NCBI GenBank assembly: GCA_963737265.1
Contig: CAVTRY010000007.1
Coordinates: 1 to 64,000 of the forward strand
Direction: 5' to 3'
Length of the DNA: 64,000 nt
Source of the DNA: an uncultured delta proteobacterium
GTDB lineage: Bacteria; Myxococcota_A; Polyangia; Fen-1088
Notes under the pieces: model-generated
Databases searched by the model: none
What the model saw: the letters and a program-made list of their open reading frames with translations, nothing else
Told to the model about the DNA's origin: nothing
Made by a program: the position numbers and the translations under genes
Part shown: positions 59,653 through 64,000 of the stretch, piece by piece
How positions within the stretch are numbered: the stretch's first letter is position 1
How the letters are laid out: the number at the start of each line of letters is the position of its first letter

Positions 59653-62600
59653 TTACTGCGCAACGTGGCCGTAGCAGGTCTTCAGCTTGGCGTAGTCGTA
59701 GAAGTGACTGCCGGGCGCGTGGCGTGCACCATCGCAAGCCGCGGTGAAGTCCGTCTCCTGCTCGTTGAGCATCATCTTGACGATGAGCCCGCCGGTGCCA
59801 TCGCCGTACACGTCCCACTGAACGTTCGAGGCCATGGGAGCAACGATCTCGTCACGCCACGGACTCGGGGTCGGCGCAACTAGGCTGCCGTTCCACGGGC
59901 TGTTCGCGGCGTAGGTGTAGGTTTCGGCCATCGGCATTTGAACGAAAAGGCTCTTGAGGCCGAGGATGGAGGTGAACGGAACCAATATCTCGGCGTGGGT
60001 GAAGCGCAGCTTGGCGCCCGTGGTGAGCGTGCCCCTGGCGATGGCGTCGATCTCGTTGAAGAAGTCGTTCAAGAGCCCCTGCGCCATGCCGTAGGTGGCG
60101 TTGCCGCTTTCCGTGGCACCCGGCCCCATCTGGTAGAAGTCGGTGGCGTCGCCCAGGTAGGCAAGCACCGTCGCCTGAGCAGCGGGGATATACTTCGTGA
60201 AGTCTACGCCGCCCAGCTCGGCCGGCATGGCGGGCGCGATGATATAGACGCCGTACAGATTGTTGGCCGCGTCCAGGGCGCTGGCGATGGTCGTGCCCGC
60301 GCTCCCGGTCGTGGTGTAGCTTGTTCCGTCGGCGCCGGTGTACGGCCCGAAGGTGCCGGTGTCGGCGAAGGTGTAGCCGAGCGTGCCAAGCTTATTGATG
60401 AAGTCCTGGGTGAACAGGCCCCGCAATACAATTACGGCGGCGGTGTTGACGTCGGGAATTGCGTTGATGGCGTTGACCTTCGCGGTCTGGGTCGAGTCGC
60501 TAGCCTTGAAGCTCTGATAGGCGAGGCTCGCCTGGTAGGTCGCGTAGTATGGGTCGCTGGTGCTCGACACCTGATCCTGGGCCGCGCTCAGTTTGTGGAA
60601 GTAGAGCAGGAAGCGGTTGGTTCCGGGCAACTGCGCCTTGGGCTTGGTGCCATAACCCGAAACGGCGGCCGGGTAGGTGATGAGCGGTGCGAGCGCGGGA
60701 TTCGCCGCGGCCAAGGCGTTCGCGAAGAAGCCGGAGCTGTCGTAGGCGCGATTTACGCCCGAGGTCTGCACCACGAGCTTGCGTCCGCTCGCCGCCACCT
60801 GCGTGAAGTAGCTGGACAAGCGCTGCGCAAGACGGGCCGCGAGCTGCTGGTGCTCCGCGGCGCCGAGTTGCGAGAGATTACCGTACCCAGGCGCGGTGAT
60901 GCCCGGGACGCCCGCGCCGAGGATGGTGTTGGCCTTGATGAAGGCGAGCAGGTCAGGACCGAGCTGCTGGCCGAGCAGCGTGAGCGCGCCGTCCGCCTGA
61001 GCCTTGAGCCACATGTTGTAGACTGCGATGTCGGAGCCCTCGCTGGACATGCCCCGAGCACCGTGGCGAGCCACGAGCTCGGTGTAGATCGGGTTGAAAC
61101 CCGCCGGCGCGGGCTCGTAGCTCGAAGCGCTCTGCTGCTGTTGGTAGAGCGTTTCGGTGGTGAGGTTGGCAAGCGTGGGGCACGTGAGCGTGACCTGCAC
61201 CGAGGAAGCCTTGGCGAGGCTGGTGGCGCTGTCGGTGACCGTGACCGTGAGCGAAAGCGGGATGGTGCCGTTACCGAGAACCGCACAGTAGGCGGGATTG
61301 TAGATTACGTCCGATTGGTCGCTGCCGATCTTCGACGCGAAACGGCCGACCGAGGAACCATTCATGCCGTCGTTCCAGGCATAGCTCCAGGTGGAAGCGC
61401 TCGCTCCATCGCTCGGAACGACCAGCAGCTCTGGCTGCTGGCCGGGCGTGATCACCGTGGGCGAGGCCTGAACGGTGAACGCGGGGGCCGAAGATGCACT
61501 AAAGTCGAGCTGGACACTGGCGCCCGCCGCATCCGTCACGATCACCGAAACCACGTAACCGCCGGCGGGAACCGCCGGAGCCGTCCATACGACTTGCGAG
61601 GAACCCGTGCCGTCGACCTGATTCGAAAACGCGCCACTCGCCGACACCCACTGGAAAGTAAGGGCGCTGCCTTGCGGATCTGTCGCCGTGACCGAGAAAT
61701 TCACCATGCCGCCCGCCCCCACCACAGGGGTGGACTGAACACTGCTGGTGATGGACGGAGACTGGACGGCTACGGGCTTGCCGACCGGCAAGGTCGTCTG
61801 GCCAGTGGTCGAGCCACCTCTACCGTCGTTGACCGCCACGACGAAATCGCAGCTGAGGTCGGTCGCGCCGACTGGGAGCCTGACGTTGGTGACAGCGGCG
61901 GCCGGGGCGGCGAAGACCGCGCTTGCGCAGGTGCTGGTCCACGCGTACGAAAGGGGGTCGCCGTCGGCGTCGCTCGCCGTGACGGTGAGGGAAGTTGGCG
62001 CGCCCAGCACGATGTAGCCTGGGGCCGCGATCAGATCCGAAACGACCGGCCAGTTGTTGAAGGTCAGGTTGACATCGGCCTGACCACGGCCATTGCTGGC
62101 CGACACATGCACGACGATGGACGCCGAGGTCGACGCTCCATGGTTATCCGTCACCGTGAGCATGAGCGTCTGGTCGCCCTCGGAGGCTGGCGCGGTCCAC
62201 GTCGTGGTGGCGGCGGTGGAGGGCGAGAAGCCGTCGGTCGCCGGGCTGACGGACCAGGCGAAGGCGATGGTGTCGCCAGCGTTGGGATCGTGGGCCGTCG
62301 CCTTGGCAGTGATGGTGGCGCCAGGAACGACGGCTGTGGACGACGCGACCAGGGAATCGATCACGGGCACAGCATTCTTGAAGGGAACCGAGGCCGTGGT
62401 CTGCTGGGCGGTGATGACGACGCTGGTGACTGTGTCCTTGATGATGGCGACGCCAGCGACCGAGCCCGCGTAGTCGGGGTTGGCGGAGTGGTCGAGGGCG
62501 CTGACGGTGAATACGTAGTTGCTGCCCACAGGCAGCGACCCGATGAGAGCGCCCCAGGTGCCGTTGCTTCCGCGCGCGGAAAGCTGAACGGATAGCGGCG

Positions 62601-62793
62601 CCGGCAAGGCAGGTCCGCTCACGGTGGCGACGACCCTGCTGATGTCGAGCGCGCCGAGCGCGTGCACGGCCAGATCCGCGCTGCCCGTGCCACCGGCTGA
62701 CCCGCCAGTGCATGCCGAAACGGTCAGCAGTGCTGCAAGCGCCGGCAGCGAGAACAGGACGGGTGTTCTTGCACTTTGAATGTTGCGCGACAT
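59653..62793 (-). CDS. Histidine acid phosphatase (MINPP/phytase-like) lipoprotein with Ig/PKD-like stalk
   Basis: Lipobox VSAC, repeated A.D.DGD.L.Y.W modules, ARHGARG, LRFTHAEI, ASNVQWDVY. Confidence 0.88.
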   Translation of the reverse strand: MSRNIQSARTPVLFSLPALAALLTVSACTGGSAGGTGSADLAVHALGALDISRVVATVSGPALPAPLSVQLSARGSNGTWGALIGSLPVGSNYVFTVSALDHSANPDYAGSVAGVAIIKDTVTSVVITAQQTTASVPFKNAVPVIDSLVASSTAVVPGATITAKATAHDPNAGDTIAFAWSVSPATDGFSPSTAATTTWTAPASEGDQTLMLTVTDNHGASTSASIVVHVSASNGRGQADVNLTFNNWPVVSDLIAAPGYIVLGAPTSLTVTASDADGDPLSYAWTSTCASAVFAAPAAAVTNVRLPVGATDLSCDFVVAVNDGRGGSTTGQTTLPVGKPVAVQSPSITSSVQSTPVVGAGGMVNFSVTATDPQGSALTFQWVSASGAFSNQVDGTGSSQVVWTAPAVPAGGYVVSVIVTDAAGASVQLDFSASSAPAFTVQASPTVITPGQQPELLVVPSDGASASTWSYAWNDGMNGSSVGRFASKIGSDQSDVIYNPAYCAVLGNGTIPLSLTVTVTDSATSLAKASSVQVTLTCPTLANLTTETLYQQQQSASSYEPAPAGFNPIYTELVARHGARGMSSEGSDIAVYNMWLKAQADGALTLLGQQLGPDLLAFIKANTILGAGVPGITAPGYGNLSQLGAAEHQQLAARLAQRLSSYFTQVAASGRKLVVQTSGVNRAYDSSGFFANALAAANPALAPLITYPAAVSGYGTKPKAQLPGTNRFLLYFHKLSAAQDQVSSTSDPYYATYQASLAYQSFKASDSTQTAKVNAINAIPDVNTAAVIVLRGLFTQDFINKLGTLGYTFADTGTFGPYTGADGTSYTTTGSAGTTIASALDAANNLYGVYIIAPAMPAELGGVDFTKYIPAAQATVLAYLGDATDFYQMGPGATESGNATYGMAQGLLNDFFNEIDAIARGTLTTGAKLRFTHAEILVPFTSILGLKSLFVQMPMAETYTYAANSPWNGSLVAPTPSPWRDEIVAPMASNVQWDVYGDGTGGLIVKMMLNEQETDFTAACDGARHAPGSHFYDYAKLKTCYGHVAQ

Positions 62794-63026
62794 CGTGAGC
62801 CTCCGTTGGTCCGAGAATTTCTGCGCGCAATTTAGGCTCGGACGCCTGGGAGGAACGTCACGCTTGTGCAACACCTTGGCGCGCGCTTGCGATCGGCGGA
62901 ATCGGCAGGCGGGAAGTGCCGTTCGGAAGCCGGGCCTTGGCTTGAAGGCAAACATCAGCTAGTTCATTTGCACGGTGATCTCGGCGCCGCCCTTGATCAG
63001 GGTGTGGCAGCTTTGAACGGAATAAA

Positions 63027-63500
63027 TCAAGTTGGTAACAACAGCTGGTACAGCGAAGAGTCATAAGGCGTCGCCCAGAGGTCAAAATCCACGCAGCTCG
63101 CAGTACGACCTGAAAGACCTGTTACAGTCTTTCCGGTCTTGGCGAATGCCCCACTTTTTCGGAGATCCGGCGCGTCAGCTTTGATGACGTGCTTGGTAGG
63201 GCAAGCCTGAACGCAGCACGCGCAAGCAGTGCAGCCATCCGCCTTGACCACGTACGCCTGCCTGTTGCCGTGGATCCTACCCCTGATCCGGGCGAAAAGC
63301 GGAAGGAGACGCTTGTCTTCGGCAGTCAAAGGGCGGATCTCAAGGACCGAGTTGGGACACGCCGGAACGCAGGGGGACTTGGCATTGCCACAAGCGGAAT
63401 GGAAGCCGCCCTCGCACCTGGTGCGGTCGATCGTCGGAAAAAAAAGCCCCGGCTTCTGCTCTTTTCTGCTCCCACTTGCGTGGTTTGGCTCCGGTATCAT
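63027..63500 (-). CDS. 4Fe-4S dicluster ferredoxin-like protein
   Basis: RCEG...C..ACP and CTACACCVQACP. The C-terminal tail may be frameshift-derived. Confidence 0.75.
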   Translation of the reverse strand: MIPEPNHASGSRKEQKPGLFFPTIDRTRCEGGFHSACGNAKSPCVPACPNSVLEIRPLTAEDKRLLPLFARIRGRIHGNRQAYVVKADGCTACACCVQACPTKHVIKADAPDLRKSGAFAKTGKTVTGLSGRTASCVDFDLWATPYDSSLYQLLLPT

Positions 63501-63520
63501 GGATCGACTCCCTTCAAGAA

Positions 63521-64000
63521 CTAGATCACGTCCGGCCAGGCCGGCGCGGCGGCGAAAGCGGCGTGGATAAGGCCGACGTGCGAGTACGCTTGCGGAAAAT
63601 TCCCCCACAGCGTTTTCGTCGTGGTGTCGTAGTCCTCGGAGAGAAGCCCGAGCGGCGACAAACTGCCGCGCACGTTCTCTAGCACCTCGCGCGCCTCGGT
63701 GAGGCGGCCGGTCGCGGCTAGGGCTTCGACCAGCCAGAACGTGCACAGGATGAAGGCGACTTGCGGTTTGCCGAAGCCGTCGTCGTTGCGATAGCGGTAG
63801 AGCCAACCATCGTGCCCCAGACCCTTGATAATGGCATCCACCGTGCCGCGAATTCGCGCATCGTTGGCCGGCAGAAAGCGCAAGGTCGCAATCTGAAGTA
63901 GCGAAGCGTCAAGCTCGCTACCGGCCCAGGTGCTGGCAAAGCTACCAAGCGTGGGGTTCCAGGCTTGGGCTACGATCTGATCGCGAATGCGGTCGGCGGT
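63521..64000 (-). CDS. GH15 family glycoside hydrolase, C-terminal part
   Basis: LYRY..DDG, AFILCTFW, LGLLSE, WGNFPQAYSHVGLI. Confidence 0.93.
   Translation of the reverse strand, partial: TADRIRDQIVAQAWNPTLGSFASTWAGSELDASLLQIATLRFLPANDARIRGTVDAIIKGLGHDGWLYRYRNDDGFGKPQVAFILCTFWLVEALAATGRLTEAREVLENVRGSLSPLGLLSEDYDTTTKTLWGNFPQAYSHVGLIHAAFAAAPAWPDVI

Noticed and set aside
62876-62890. Sigma54-like TTGGCGCGCGCTTGC
   Set aside because: GG-to-GC spacing is 9 rather than 10, and it is on the wrong strand for the phytase.

Overview
GC-rich chromosomal window whose gene content points to a myxobacterium (Polyangia-like): Gly-rich lipoproteins, a Ser/Thr kinase and sigma54 promoters. The taxonomy is inferred. 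It holds an arabinoxylan/xylose locus (GH39, sugar porter-galM-xylA-xylB, two tandem GH62), a molybdate regulator-modA pair, ilvBN, pdxA-glmS, clpX-dksA-like-kinase, recQ, a surface-glycosylation cluster (GT2, three DUF2079-like proteins, ArnT-like), rplM-rpsI, SMUG1, RlmI-like, U32, an aminotransferase, a phytase-like lipoprotein and a partial GH15. The most unusual signals are non-coding or mobile. (1) A 578-bp transposase-less element with 23-bp terminal inverted repeats and a 9-bp target duplication carries only a GxxExxY gene and splits a methyltransferase. (2) A palindromic MITE adds 156 bp in frame to the GH39 signal peptide, and a second short copy lies 10 kb away. (3) A sigma54 promoter precedes a GEMM-I riboswitch with A at position 20 (predicted 3',3'-cGAMP sensor), which appears to gate translation of a large S53 protease. 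(4) One GH62 paralogue has Asn in place of the catalytic base. No rRNA, tRNA or CRISPR array was seen.
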